64,000 bases of DNA. Origin: Candidatus Woesebacteria bacterium GW2011_GWB1_39_10 (lineage in GTDB: Bacteria > Patescibacteriota > Microgenomatia > UBA8517). The stretch's first letter is position 1. Every line of letters starts with the position of its first letter. The DNA lies in NCBI GenBank assembly GCA_000993205.1, contig LBVU01000002.1, positions 117,079-181,078 on the forward strand, in the 5' to 3' direction. Positions 53,906 through 62,439 of the stretch are shown piece after piece. The notes beneath the pieces are model-generated. The model saw only the letters and a list, made by a program, of their open reading frames with translations, did no database searches and was not told where the DNA came from. The translations under genes were made by a program, and so were the position numbers.

Positions 53906-55726
53906 TTGATGGATTTTAAAACCAGATTTGATTCTCTGCCGGTACCCACCAAAAGGCTCCTTGGAATAGGTGTTGTTTTGGCCCTCGCAGTTGCTCTTCC
54001 CCTTTTTGTTTGGTCCATTATTACTCAAAGATTTCTAATCAATAAACGCGCCGCGTCCGGAGAGCCGGGTGTTTGTATCGCGCAAAATAAAATCATTATA
54101 GTTACCCCATCCTCAAACTCCAACGGAACCTGTCATGATATCCAAATGGCGATTAATGCGGTAACGGGAGAAGGATACACTGTTCAAATTGAGCCGGGAA
54201 TTTATAACATTGCTTCTACTATTAATGTAAGTGGAAAAACAACTATAAACATCACGGGTAATCCGCAGGCAGGTTCCGGCGCAACCGTCATAAACTCAAC
54301 TCCGGGTGGCGGTTGGGGTATTTTAGTAGAAAACTCGTCGGGAACGATTCAGTACCTGACAATGCAAGGAGGAAGTTCAAACGGAATGCTGAGTATTAAA
54401 AATAGCAACAATTTTTCGGTGGGATATGCAAACCTTAATTCTCAGACCTCTCATACCATGGACATTCAGGGTTCAAACACAATTAGTGTTTTTAATACAG
54501 AAATAACAAGCTCGGCCGGCGCGCTCGAAATCGGTGGATCAGCAAATATAAATATTTCGAATAATAAAATTCACAATTCCAATAATGCCATTGCAATCAA
54601 CAATTCATCCGGTGTTAGACTACTCGGTAATCTTATATACGGGAATCGTGAATCAGGCCTTGTTATTAACACCTATACGAATAATGTTAGGGATTTTAAG
54701 GCCATGCATAATACTTTCGTAAACAACGCTTTGGGCGGCAACACTATTCCAACCATATCTTTATTGGGAACATCCGGCCGCAATCTTGAATTCAGCAATA
54801 ATATAGTTTTGGGAGGCTTGGGGGCAGGGATTGGCTCCAAAAATCGTTTGCTTTTTAACACTTTTACTCTCAACGATATTTTTGGAAATACTCCAAATTA
54901 CGAGAGATATCCAAATCAAACCGGCAGGAGCGGGAACATTTCAAAAGACCCGCTTTTGAATAGCAACAACTTTATTTACTGCCCCTCACCCGCATCTCCC
55001 GTAGTTTATGGAAATATCGCAAACGGCAAATACATGGGCTATATCGGGCCCTGCGGAACATCAACCCCGCCACCGACTCCGACTCCATCTCCTACCCCAA
55101 CCGGATATCCGAGTCCGACACCGACTACGACGCCGACTGCTGTGCCGTCAGGAACGCCGGGAACAACTCCTCCCCCAACCGTAAGGCCTTTTCAAATTCT
55201 ATTTAAGTTTGATGGTGTAACAGACGGCTCGGCGGCAACCTCGGGTGCCACCGTCCGGTTTAGAGGAGGTCCAAATGGTTCCATTGACTTGATAACACCC
55301 ACAATTCCAACGACTTATATTGGCAGCGGAATCTATCAACTATATTTTGCAACGAATTTGCCTGACGATACCAACTACTCGGTTTCATTAAAAGGAGAAA
55401 AACACCTTGCAATTAGATTTTGCTACCCAAGCGAACAAACTACTTATTGTTCAGATAGTCAAGGACACATTGGTGTTTACAACGCTTCCGGTCCTGAGAA
55501 TTTGGACTTTACAGGAATTCCTCTTCCTGCAGGCGACACATACCCGCAAGACGGAGTTGTCAATTCTACCGACTACGACAGAGTAAGAAGTTTATTTAGC
55601 AAACCGGATTCCGAATTAACAACTACTGACAAACTTGTAGGCGATCTTAATTACGATGGGTTCATCGATATCCGAGACTCATTCCTGATTAGGAAAACAT
55701 TAGGAACCAGATACGATGAAAGCTAA
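53906..55726 (+). CDS. secreted right-handed parallel beta-helix protein with Pro/Thr linker and C-terminal dockerin-like module
   Basis: N-terminal signal/TM; repeated N-x-G/I-x-N beta-helix rungs; PPPTPTPSPTPTGYPSPTPTTTPT linker; two Ca-binding-loop-like repeats DGVVNSTDYDRVRSLF and DLNYDGFIDIRDSFLIRKTLG. Confidence 0.65.
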   Translation: MMDFKTRFDSLPVPTKRLLGIGVVLALAVALPLFVWSIITQRFLINKRAASGEPGVCIAQNKIIIVTPSSNSNGTCHDIQMAINAVTGEGYTVQIEPGIYNIASTINVSGKTTINITGNPQAGSGATVINSTPGGGWGILVENSSGTIQYLTMQGGSSNGMLSIKNSNNFSVGYANLNSQTSHTMDIQGSNTISVFNTEITSSAGALEIGGSANINISNNKIHNSNNAIAINNSSGVRLLGNLIYGNRESGLVINTYTNNVRDFKAMHNTFVNNALGGNTIPTISLLGTSGRNLEFSNNIVLGGLGAGIGSKNRLLFNTFTLNDIFGNTPNYERYPNQTGRSGNISKDPLLNSNNFIYCPSPASPVVYGNIANGKYMGYIGPCGTSTPPPTPTPSPTPTGYPSPTPTTTPTAVPSGTPGTTPPPTVRPFQILFKFDGVTDGSAATSGATVRFRGGPNGSIDLITPTIPTTYIGSGIYQLYFATNLPDDTNYSVSLKGEKHLAIRFCYPSEQTTYCSDSQGHIGVYNASGPENLDFTGIPLPAGDTYPQDGVVNSTDYDRVRSLFSKPDSELTTTDKLVGDLNYDGFIDIRDSFLIRKTLGTRYDES

Positions 55727-56732
55727 ATTTTTTCTAAAGACTTTATTTGCTACCTGCCTTTTTTTTGTGGTAAGCGGATTTATGGGATCTGTGTCAGCAG
55801 CCCCCAGAATCTATTTCGAACCAGCCACTTACACCTCCTCTAAAAATACTGACTTCCAAATAAATTTAAAAATTGATGTCGAAAGTAAATCTACAACCGG
55901 CGCAAAAGTCACTCTTAATTTTCCATCCGATATCATAACTCTTAAGGATCCTGTCAGCGGAGGATATTTTAGCGATTTTTTGTTTTCACGAAGTGAGGGA
56001 AAAATTGTTATCAACGCTCAACCGGCTTTGGGCGACAGCAAAACTGGAAGTGGAATCTTAGCGGTTTTGACTTTGAGCTCCAACAAGGACACAGGAACCG
56101 GCGCAGTTATCATGGCTTGTTCGGGTAACGGAAATGATAGCTTTATACTTGACGCAACTGGCGCAAACATTTTGGACTGCGGGTCTATTAATCAATTAAA
56201 TCTTACGTACTCTTCAAGTGGCTCAAACGAGGGATCTGGCCCAACGAACGCGTGCGGAGGAACTTGTGGTAGTGTCTATAATTGCAACTCGGGACTATTC
56301 TGTTATCAAGGTTATTGTAGAAATCCGGACTGTAAAACCGATCTTACTTGTGGTTGTAAGGCCAGTCCGACACCGTCACCTACTGCGAAACCCAAAACTC
56401 CTGCCCCCACATTAAAGGCTTCGTCTACTCCCACTGTCGTCACATTGACAGAGTTTACTCCACTGCCCTCATCATCCGCTTCTGCTATACCGGCTTCGGT
56501 AAACTCAAAGCCCGGAGTCAATTTACAAAGCCTGGCGCTTTGGGCCGGGTTGGGAATTTTGGGGTTTGCTGTAATGTTTGCTGTAATCGGAATGATCAAA
56601 AGCAGAAACAAACCGCCAAAAATCACCCCTCCAACAGGATCAACAACTGAATCGCCTGTCCCTTCGGCGTATAATGTTCCGTCCGAGCCACCGCCCACAC
56701 CTCCGGTTGAGTCTCCTCCCGCCACTTTCTAA
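55716..56732 (+). CDS. membrane-anchored cohesin-like protein (signal peptide, cohesin-like beta domain, Cys-rich module, PT linker, TM anchor, Pro-rich cytoplasmic tail)
   Basis: Signal peptide FFVVSGFMGSVSA; domain PRIYFEPATY...FQINLKIDVES...KVTLNFPSD...GKIVINAQ...GILAVLTL resembles cohesin; TM WAGLGILGFAVMFAVIGMI. Confidence 0.5.
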   Translation: MKAKFFLKTLFATCLFFVVSGFMGSVSAAPRIYFEPATYTSSKNTDFQINLKIDVESKSTTGAKVTLNFPSDIITLKDPVSGGYFSDFLFSRSEGKIVINAQPALGDSKTGSGILAVLTLSSNKDTGTGAVIMACSGNGNDSFILDATGANILDCGSINQLNLTYSSSGSNEGSGPTNACGGTCGSVYNCNSGLFCYQGYCRNPDCKTDLTCGCKASPTPSPTAKPKTPAPTLKASSTPTVVTLTEFTPLPSSSASAIPASVNSKPGVNLQSLALWAGLGILGFAVMFAVIGMIKSRNKPPKITPPTGSTTESPVPSAYNVPSEPPPTPPVESPPATF

Positions 56733-56795
56733 AATTTCGGTTTTTGTGTTAAAATGGTAACTTAGAAAGATAGGTGATTTTATCAGACTATAAAA

Positions 56796-56990
56796 ATGTT
56801 CATACTAAAAAAGAATAAAGGCGAAAGCGACGACAAATTAATTGCCCGCTTTCGCAAAAAAACTATTGTAGAAGGTGTAATGCAGGAATATCGCGATCGC
56901 GAACACTATAAAAAACCTTCTGAAAAAAGAAAAGAGGCCAAATACAGAATTGCCCACTCTATTGAACTGGAAAAGAAACGCCACTTCTAA
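56796..56990 (+). CDS. rpsU: 30S ribosomal protein S21
   Basis: EGVMQEYRDREHYKKPSEKRKEAKYRIAHS matches S21 core. Confidence 0.75.
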   Translation: MFILKKNKGESDDKLIARFRKKTIVEGVMQEYRDREHYKKPSEKRKEAKYRIAHSIELEKKRHF

Positions 56991-57021
56991 AATAACTAAG
57001 AGCTAAAAAGTAAGAACTAAT

Positions 57022-57051
57022 AGCTTTTCACTTTTCGCTCTTCACTTTTAG
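57022..57051. repeat. AAAGTGAAAAG-family repeat (reverse complement) encoding the C-terminal KLKVKSEK of RNase HII and forming an imperfect hairpin with 57000-57021
   Basis: agcttttcacttttcgctcttcacttttag opposite agctaaaaagtaagaac. Confidence 0.65.
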
Positions 57052-57720
57052 TTTGTTGAGCCAAGTGGCGACGAAGGCTTTCCTGTGCAATTTAGTCGCT
57101 CCATATTTTTTGATGGCATTTTGGTGTTCTTTTGTCCCATACCCTTTGTTTTTACCCCATTTGTAAACTCTAAATTTTGGATTTTTGGAGATTTTTACCA
57201 TTAGTTTATCCCGATAGACTTTGGCGACAATTGAGGCTGCTGCGATTGAAATCGATTTCGTATCCCCTTTAATAATGGCCTTTTGGTTTTTTCTTCTTAG
57301 ACTCCTTACGTAAGGTATGAAGAAGGCGTCAATGAGTAGATACTCGATACTGGATACTTTGATACTCACACTTTTGATCGCTTTACGGAAAGCTATTTCT
57401 GAGGCTTTTTTTATCCCAAACCGATTTATTTGTGCCACACTTGCCTGTCCGATTCCAATCGCAAGTGCATTTTGCCGTATCCATTTATCTGCAACTTTCC
57501 TCTGTCTTGGAGTAAGTTGTTTTGAGTCGTTGATAATTATTTTGCGATTACCTTTCAAGACCGTGTCTTTAAAGGTGGTTATAGTATTTCTGTCAAAGAC
57601 AACACATCCTGCCACAATTGCGCCGGCAAAACAGCCTCTACCTACCTCATCCATACCGGCAACAACCTTAAAACCTTTATTCCACAGCTTCTTTTCAAAG
57701 GAGAAATCCGGAAGTGTCAT
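57028..57720 (-). CDS. rnhB: ribonuclease HII
   Basis: VAGMDEVGRGCFAGAIVAGCVVF catalytic N-terminus; contains in-frame SSIEYLLID insertion and KVKSEK tail. Confidence 0.88.
   Translation of the reverse strand: MTLPDFSFEKKLWNKGFKVVAGMDEVGRGCFAGAIVAGCVVFDRNTITTFKDTVLKGNRKIIINDSKQLTPRQRKVADKWIRQNALAIGIGQASVAQINRFGIKKASEIAFRKAIKSVSIKVSSIEYLLIDAFFIPYVRSLRRKNQKAIIKGDTKSISIAAASIVAKVYRDKLMVKISKNPKFRVYKWGKNKGYGTKEHQNAIKKYGATKLHRKAFVATWLNKLKVKSEK
57339..57367. repeat. GATACT(C/G/T) heptamer tandem x4 in frame inside rnhB
   Basis: gatactcgatactggatactttgatactc. Confidence 0.75.
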
Positions 57721-58103
57721 TTATTTATCTTTTGCTTATATTTTTCGGGGTATGCGTCAAAAAGCCTATCGGACAAGACGCCAATCATTCTATTCTTCTC
57801 TACGGGAAGAATGGTTCCTAAAGCAACAGCCGTCCTCACATTAGGAAAACTATTCACAATCATAGTTGCCAAGGTTTTATGTCCTCGACCTGCAAGATAA
57901 TACTGAAAAACTGAATCCTTCAAACTCATTGTTTGTTTTTCCTCTATTGGCTGCCAAAAATCACCATCGGCCACACCAAAAACATCTTCGGGAAGAAATT
58001 CTTTTATCCCAACCAAAACAGATTCCCATGACCCCTCTTTAGGCCGATAGCCCTTTGCCTTCTCTCTTTGGAATCTTGTATTCCTTGTCCTTTCTTTGTC
58101 CAT
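57717..58103 (-). CDS. hypothetical protein (128 aa)
   Basis: ORF overlapping rnhB start by 4 nt. Confidence 0.45.
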   Translation of the reverse strand: MDKERTRNTRFQREKAKGYRPKEGSWESVLVGIKEFLPEDVFGVADGDFWQPIEEKQTMSLKDSVFQYYLAGRGHKTLATMIVNSFPNVRTAVALGTILPVEKNRMIGVLSDRLFDAYPEKYKQKINK

Positions 58104-58146
58104 CGCCTTGATTATACCACCTGTAATCTGCTACAATTTAGCTTCG

Positions 58147-58332
58147 ATGAAACAAATTTTCAGCTTCTTTTCTGAGGTCAAAATCGAGCTTTCCAAGGTA
58201 ACCTGGCCCAGACGCGACGAGGTTATAAAGCTCACCTTGATAGTATTCGCCGTCTCGGCTATAATTGGAGCCTACGTCGGAGGTTTAGACTATTTGTTCA
58301 CAAAACTTCTAGCGTTAATTGTCACAAAATAA
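58147..58332 (+). CDS. secE: preprotein translocase subunit SecE (start taken at MKQIF)
   Basis: ELSKVTWPRRDEV motif then single TM helix; secE-nusG-rplK context. Confidence 0.85.
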   Translation: MKQIFSFFSEVKIELSKVTWPRRDEVIKLTLIVFAVSAIIGAYVGGLDYLFTKLLALIVTK

Positions 58333-58335
58333 TAT

Positions 58336-58962
58336 ATGCCTAACGATCAAAAGCCAGAGGATATAACTCAGATTGCCGAACGTGGAACCGGAAAAAAGAA
58401 AATTCCGGGACATATGATTATTGCGGTAACTGAAGATCCCAAGGCCAAATGGTATGTGGTTCACACGTCCTCGGGACATGAGGTACGCGTTATGGAAACC
58501 TTGCGCCAAAGGGTTGAGACTATGAATTTGGTGGGTAGAATCTTTGAAATGCTTGTCCCCACCCAAGACAGAGTCATCATTCGCGGAGGTAAAAAGGCCA
58601 CCATAAAGGAAAAGATTTTCCCGGGATACCTTCTGGTTAAGATGATTTTGGACGACCCAACTTGGTTAGCCGTTCGCACTACAGCAGGAATCACGGGATT
58701 TGTGGGCGCAGGCAATAATCCCACACCTCTATCAGAAATCGAAGTTGCCAACATTCAAAAGTTCGTAAGCTCCCCAGCCCCCAGATTCAAAACAAAGTTT
58801 ACAGTTGGAGAGGCAGTTAAAATTACCGACGGGCCTTTCAGCGACTTTCTTGGGACAATTCACGAAATGGATGACGAAAAAGGAAAAGTTAAAGTATTGG
58901 TAAGCATTTTCGGACGAGAAACCCCGGTTGAGCTGGACTTTCTACAGATCCAGAAGGTATAA
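58336..58962 (+). CDS. nusG: transcription termination/antitermination factor NusG
   Basis: KWYVVHTSSGHEVRV NGN domain and C-terminal KOW (GEAVKITDGPFSDFLGTI). Confidence 0.92.
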   Translation: MPNDQKPEDITQIAERGTGKKKIPGHMIIAVTEDPKAKWYVVHTSSGHEVRVMETLRQRVETMNLVGRIFEMLVPTQDRVIIRGGKKATIKEKIFPGYLLVKMILDDPTWLAVRTTAGITGFVGAGNNPTPLSEIEVANIQKFVSSPAPRFKTKFTVGEAVKITDGPFSDFLGTIHEMDDEKGKVKVLVSIFGRETPVELDFLQIQKV

Positions 58963-59071
58963 TATAAATACCACGGTTTTTCTGTGGGAGACGTAGGTCG
59001 AAACTTCTTTATAGTTTCTTCCTTGCGTTTAGAACAAAACTTGTGGTGAGCGAGTTTTACGAGTCGAATCC

Positions 59072-59500
59072 ATGGCCAGAAAAGTAAAAACAATCGTTAA
59101 GATCAATTTAAAGGCGGCTGAGGCAACCCCAGCCCCTCCTGTGGGAACAGCGTTGGGACAACACGGCGTTGCCATTATGGAGTTTGTTAAACAGTATAAT
59201 GATAAGACTAAAGATCTTAAAGGTCAGGTTGCTCCGGCTGTAATCACGATCTACGACGACAGAAGCTTCACTTTTACTATCAAAAGAGCACCTGTTGCCG
59301 ATATGATCAAAAAAACCTTGGGTATAGAAAAAGGTTCCGGTAAAACCCCAAGGGAAACCGCAGGAACTCTAACCCGCGAAATGGTCAAAAAGATTGCCGA
59401 GGAAAAGTTGGAAGACTTAAATACTAAAGATGTAGAAGCTGCAATGAAAATCGTAGAAGGAACAGCAAGAAGTATGGGAGTGACGGTAGCGTCATCCTGA
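59072..59500 (+). CDS. rplK: 50S ribosomal protein L11
   Basis: PAPPVGTALGQHGVAIMEFVKQYN conserved L11 N-terminal domain. Confidence 0.93.
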   Translation: MARKVKTIVKINLKAAEATPAPPVGTALGQHGVAIMEFVKQYNDKTKDLKGQVAPAVITIYDDRSFTFTIKRAPVADMIKKTLGIEKGSGKTPRETAGTLTREMVKKIAEEKLEDLNTKDVEAAMKIVEGTARSMGVTVASS

Positions 59501-59563
59501 GTTTTACGAAGGATCCTATTAATATAACAAAAGATTCTATCGCTAACGCTCCAGAATGACATC
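59491..59563. mobile_element. MITE-like palindromic intergenic element, copy D (overlaps last three codons of rplK, ends 7 bp before rplA)
   Basis: gtcatcctgag-ttttac-gaaggatcct-attaatataacaaaagattctatcg-ctaacg-ctccagaatgacatc; colinear with copy C. Confidence 0.65.
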
Positions 59564-59569
59564 AAAAAA

Positions 59570-60406
59570 ATGGGAAAAACTAAAACAGCATTTGTAAGTG
59601 AGACCCCGACTTCCGTCGGGGCAGGCAAAAACGAAAAGAAAAGTCACCTTGCTCACAAAAGTGAGGAGGGTAAAGTTCATGTCGCCGGACTTAAGGGTGG
59701 TCAAAGAGTTAAAGTGGTTGAAGCCGCCCCAACCGAGGAAGCACCTATTTTTGAGGAAGGAAAAGCGGGTTCTCTTGAAGTCTCGAAAAGTGGTGAGCGA
59801 AGTCGAACCAGAGTCGAACGGGTCAGGTCCGTAAAGTATAAAGACGCTAAAAAGAAAATCGAGCCGGGTAAAACTTATGCAATAGAAGCGGCAATTAAAC
59901 TAGTTAAAGAGGCGTCATATTCCAAATTTGACGGAACAATGGAAGCTCACCTAGTACTCAAAAAGGCCGGAATTTCGGCCCAAGTCACCCTCCCCCATGC
60001 CGCGGGACGCGAGAAAAAAGTAGAAATTGCGTCAGATGAAACAATAGAAAAATTAAAAGCAGGAAAAATCGATTTTGATATTTTGATTGCAACCCCGGCA
60101 ATGATGCCGAAACTTGTTCCCTTTGCCAGACTTTTGGGACCTAAGGGACTTATGCCAAACCCCAAAAACGGAACGCTTGTAACGGACCCAAAAAAAGCCA
60201 ACAGTTTCTCTGCAGGAACAGTCACCATCAAAACCGAAAAAGAGGCTCCACTTATTCATACAGTTGTCGGGAAAAATAGCCAGAAAGATGAAGAAATTGC
60301 AGACAACCTTAAAGCAATTTTCAAAGCTTTCGGAGGAGACAAACAAATTGTCAGAGCTTTTATTAAATCAACAATGAGCCCAAGTGTTAAAGTGGAGGTT
60401 AAGTAA
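59570..60406 (+). CDS. rplA: 50S ribosomal protein L1 with about 80-aa N-terminal extension
   Basis: Core from KTYAIEAAIKLVKE...VTLPHAAGREKKV matches L1; preceding Lys/Glu-rich extension. Confidence 0.88.
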   Translation: MGKTKTAFVSETPTSVGAGKNEKKSHLAHKSEEGKVHVAGLKGGQRVKVVEAAPTEEAPIFEEGKAGSLEVSKSGERSRTRVERVRSVKYKDAKKKIEPGKTYAIEAAIKLVKEASYSKFDGTMEAHLVLKKAGISAQVTLPHAAGREKKVEIASDETIEKLKAGKIDFDILIATPAMMPKLVPFARLLGPKGLMPNPKNGTLVTDPKKANSFSAGTVTIKTEKEAPLIHTVVGKNSQKDEEIADNLKAIFKAFGGDKQIVRAFIKSTMSPSVKVEVK

Positions 60407-60596
60407 TTTTTCCTTTGTCTCCAAAAATTGAAGTAAGTAACTCCTCTTTCAAATTGTCCGAAATCGGCAGTTTGCGAACCCATTCTGCAATTTTACTAGC
60501 CGAATCTTCAACGAAATTGGGAGATTTACCCGGAAATTCTACATGAACAACCCCTTTTATTCGACTAGATTTTTTATCTTTTTCTATTGCACTCAT
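60399..60596 (-). CDS. small hypothetical protein (65 aa), co-oriented downstream of the 276-aa unknown
   Basis: ORF only; 4-nt overlap with upstream ORF. Confidence 0.35.
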   Translation of the reverse strand: MSAIEKDKKSSRIKGVVHVEFPGKSPNFVEDSASKIAEWVRKLPISDNLKEELLTSIFGDKGKIT

Positions 60597-61423
60597 TTTT
60601 TGTCAGGCAAAAGGCCATACGCTTTTGCGTCGTATACAAACGTATCTATTGAGTTAGTGTTTGTTATTCTACCATAACAGTTCCTAACGGATTCCGAAGC
60701 ATACCCCGGAACAATGACTATAAATGGTCTTATAACTGCATTTCCCGTGTCTTGCTCACCCATTATCCAATGTGTTTGCCTAACCGTCGCCAAAAGAGTC
60801 CTGACATGCTCGGGCCCTACCTGACCATGAGTATCCAGGTTGGGATCGTCAGCTCTGAATATCTCAGGATTAATTACACTAGAATGTGACTTAAGTTGAA
60901 TAACACGAACAATTTCTTTGCCTTCTTGATCTCTTTCCCCGAACTTTAATATCAAATCAACCTTCCCCTTAACATCCATCGTAGCCGGGGCAATTATATC
61001 CAAAGCGCGAATTGCGACTCCGGCTTTCCTTGCTAAATCTATAAAAGTCACGATAGAGAAAGCCCCATACAAATGGTCTCTTACAACATCTTTAGAATTC
61101 GGTAAGCCATTAACCACTGAATCTTTTTCTGCGGTTGAGAACAATGCTTTGTCCAACAAGCTTTCAATTGCTAACCCCTGTCCTGTCCCAGCGAAATCTT
61201 GGGAAAAAATGTCAATTACGGCGGCTAATGAACCTTGTAAACTTGCTAATTTTTCCGGGTGACGATTGCCTTCTTTTTGATGAAGTTCGGAAATAAGTCC
61301 ATTTTTAAAATCAGTGCCAATCCACTTTAAAAGTATGTCATGCGATTTGCTTTGCAAACGTTCCTCTTTCGGCATCTCTAAAATCTGTCTTATGGGAACT
61401 TCAGCAATGGCGTCCAACATCAC
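60593..61423 (-). CDS. hypothetical protein (276 aa) inserted on the opposite strand between rplA and rplJ
   Basis: Uninterrupted ORF; no family recognised (weak nuclease-like VDLILKF...RVIQLK segment, not a canonical PD-(D/E)xK). Confidence 0.5.
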   Translation of the reverse strand: MMLDAIAEVPIRQILEMPKEERLQSKSHDILLKWIGTDFKNGLISELHQKEGNRHPEKLASLQGSLAAVIDIFSQDFAGTGQGLAIESLLDKALFSTAEKDSVVNGLPNSKDVVRDHLYGAFSIVTFIDLARKAGVAIRALDIIAPATMDVKGKVDLILKFGERDQEGKEIVRVIQLKSHSSVINPEIFRADDPNLDTHGQVGPEHVRTLLATVRQTHWIMGEQDTGNAVIRPFIVIVPGYASESVRNCYGRITNTNSIDTFVYDAKAYGLLPDKK

Positions 61424-61534
61424 CTAATTTAAAGGTATTTAACAAGAAAATACAACCAGGTGAAAGTTCCCTGCCTTGTTTTCTCGCCACTCCTATAGTA
61501 CAATTCCCCCTCGTAAGCCATTTTTTAATTAAAT

Positions 61535-61759
61535 ATGAAAGATAATATCGAAAATGAGGCTAGAAAAAGAGACTTGTTGAGGCTTGCCAGAAATATTAGC
61601 TTGGCTGAAACAGGAAAACTTGGATCGGAGATTGAAACCGGCTACCCGGAGGGTGAAATACCCGGCGAAAGCCCAAGAGTTAAACAAATACGCCTAGCGC
61701 GATCAAGGCAAGAATTGCTTGAGTATAAACCGGAAGGTGAATCTTCCCCTGTTGCATAA
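61535..61759 (+). CDS. small hypothetical protein (74 aa), uncertain
   Basis: ORF only, upstream of rplJ leader. Confidence 0.3.
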   Translation: MKDNIENEARKRDLLRLARNISLAETGKLGSEIETGYPEGEIPGESPRVKQIRLARSRQELLEYKPEGESSPVA

Positions 61760-61890
61760 ACATATTAGTTTGATATAATTACTCTTGTCCTAAGAAAGTG
61801 CGTGGCGAGCGTAGTCGAACCATAAATCGCGCTGGAGGAAGCTAATTTCTTCAGTGTTGGCGTACCCCTCCCCCTCTTTAGACAAAAAAT
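61760..61890 (+). promoter_or_regulatory. Untranslated leader upstream of rplJ, candidate L10(L12)4 autoregulatory leader
   Basis: 130-nt non-coding stretch with GC-rich segments directly 5' of rplJ; structure not verified. Confidence 0.3.
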
Positions 61891-62412
61891 ATGCTTAAGG
61901 CTCAAAAGATTACATTCGTAGAAGATTTAACCGGAAAACTGAAAGATGCAAAGTCGTTGGTTCTTGTTAACTACTCCGGACTTAACGTCAAAGCTCAACA
62001 AGACCTAAAAGAGAAGCTAAACGCGGCAGGAGCCCGTATGGTGGTAATTAAAAACACCCTGCTTAAAAGAGCCGGCAAGGCGGCAAAAATCGACGATGGC
62101 ATGCTTGAAGACTCCATCCTCCAAGGTCAAACAGCCTTGGTTATATCAAATGAAGACGCTGTTGCCCCTATTCAGATTTTGGGGAAGTTTGCAAAAGAGA
62201 ATGACGTACCAAAGTTTAAAGTCGGGATTATCGACGGAATGTTCCAGGATACCGTTTCTCTAACCAAACTTTCCACCCTTCCGGGACGAGATGTTCTTTT
62301 GAGCCAGCTTTTGGGAAGCTTAATGTCACCTATGTATGGATTGGTGGGAACTCTAAATGGACCAATGCAGAAATTAGTGTATATTTTGGACCAAAAATCC
62401 AAATCGAGCTAA
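61891..62412 (+). CDS. rplJ: 50S ribosomal protein L10
   Basis: Typical L10 sequence and position before rplL. Confidence 0.9.
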   Translation: MLKAQKITFVEDLTGKLKDAKSLVLVNYSGLNVKAQQDLKEKLNAAGARMVVIKNTLLKRAGKAAKIDDGMLEDSILQGQTALVISNEDAVAPIQILGKFAKENDVPKFKVGIIDGMFQDTVSLTKLSTLPGRDVLLSQLLGSLMSPMYGLVGTLNGPMQKLVYILDQKSKSS

Positions 62413-62439
62413 TAATATTTCGGACGGAGGTGAATATAT

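Noticed and set aside
4112-57367. Considered whether the many short tandem repeats (gatactc, aaagtgaaaag, aattgtaa, gcacgaa etc.) constitute a CRISPR array
   Set aside because: Units are 7-14 bp with no unique spacers, copies are scattered singly through the window, many are inside coding sequences in frame, and no cas genes are present. Not CRISPR.
45304-58146. Calling the rpmG-secE intervening segment a single integrated element with defined attachment sites
   Set aside because: Housekeeping genes (rpsU, rnhB) are interleaved and I found no direct repeat of the tRNA-Trp 3' end. Described as accessory-like cargo needing synteny comparison rather than as a defined island.
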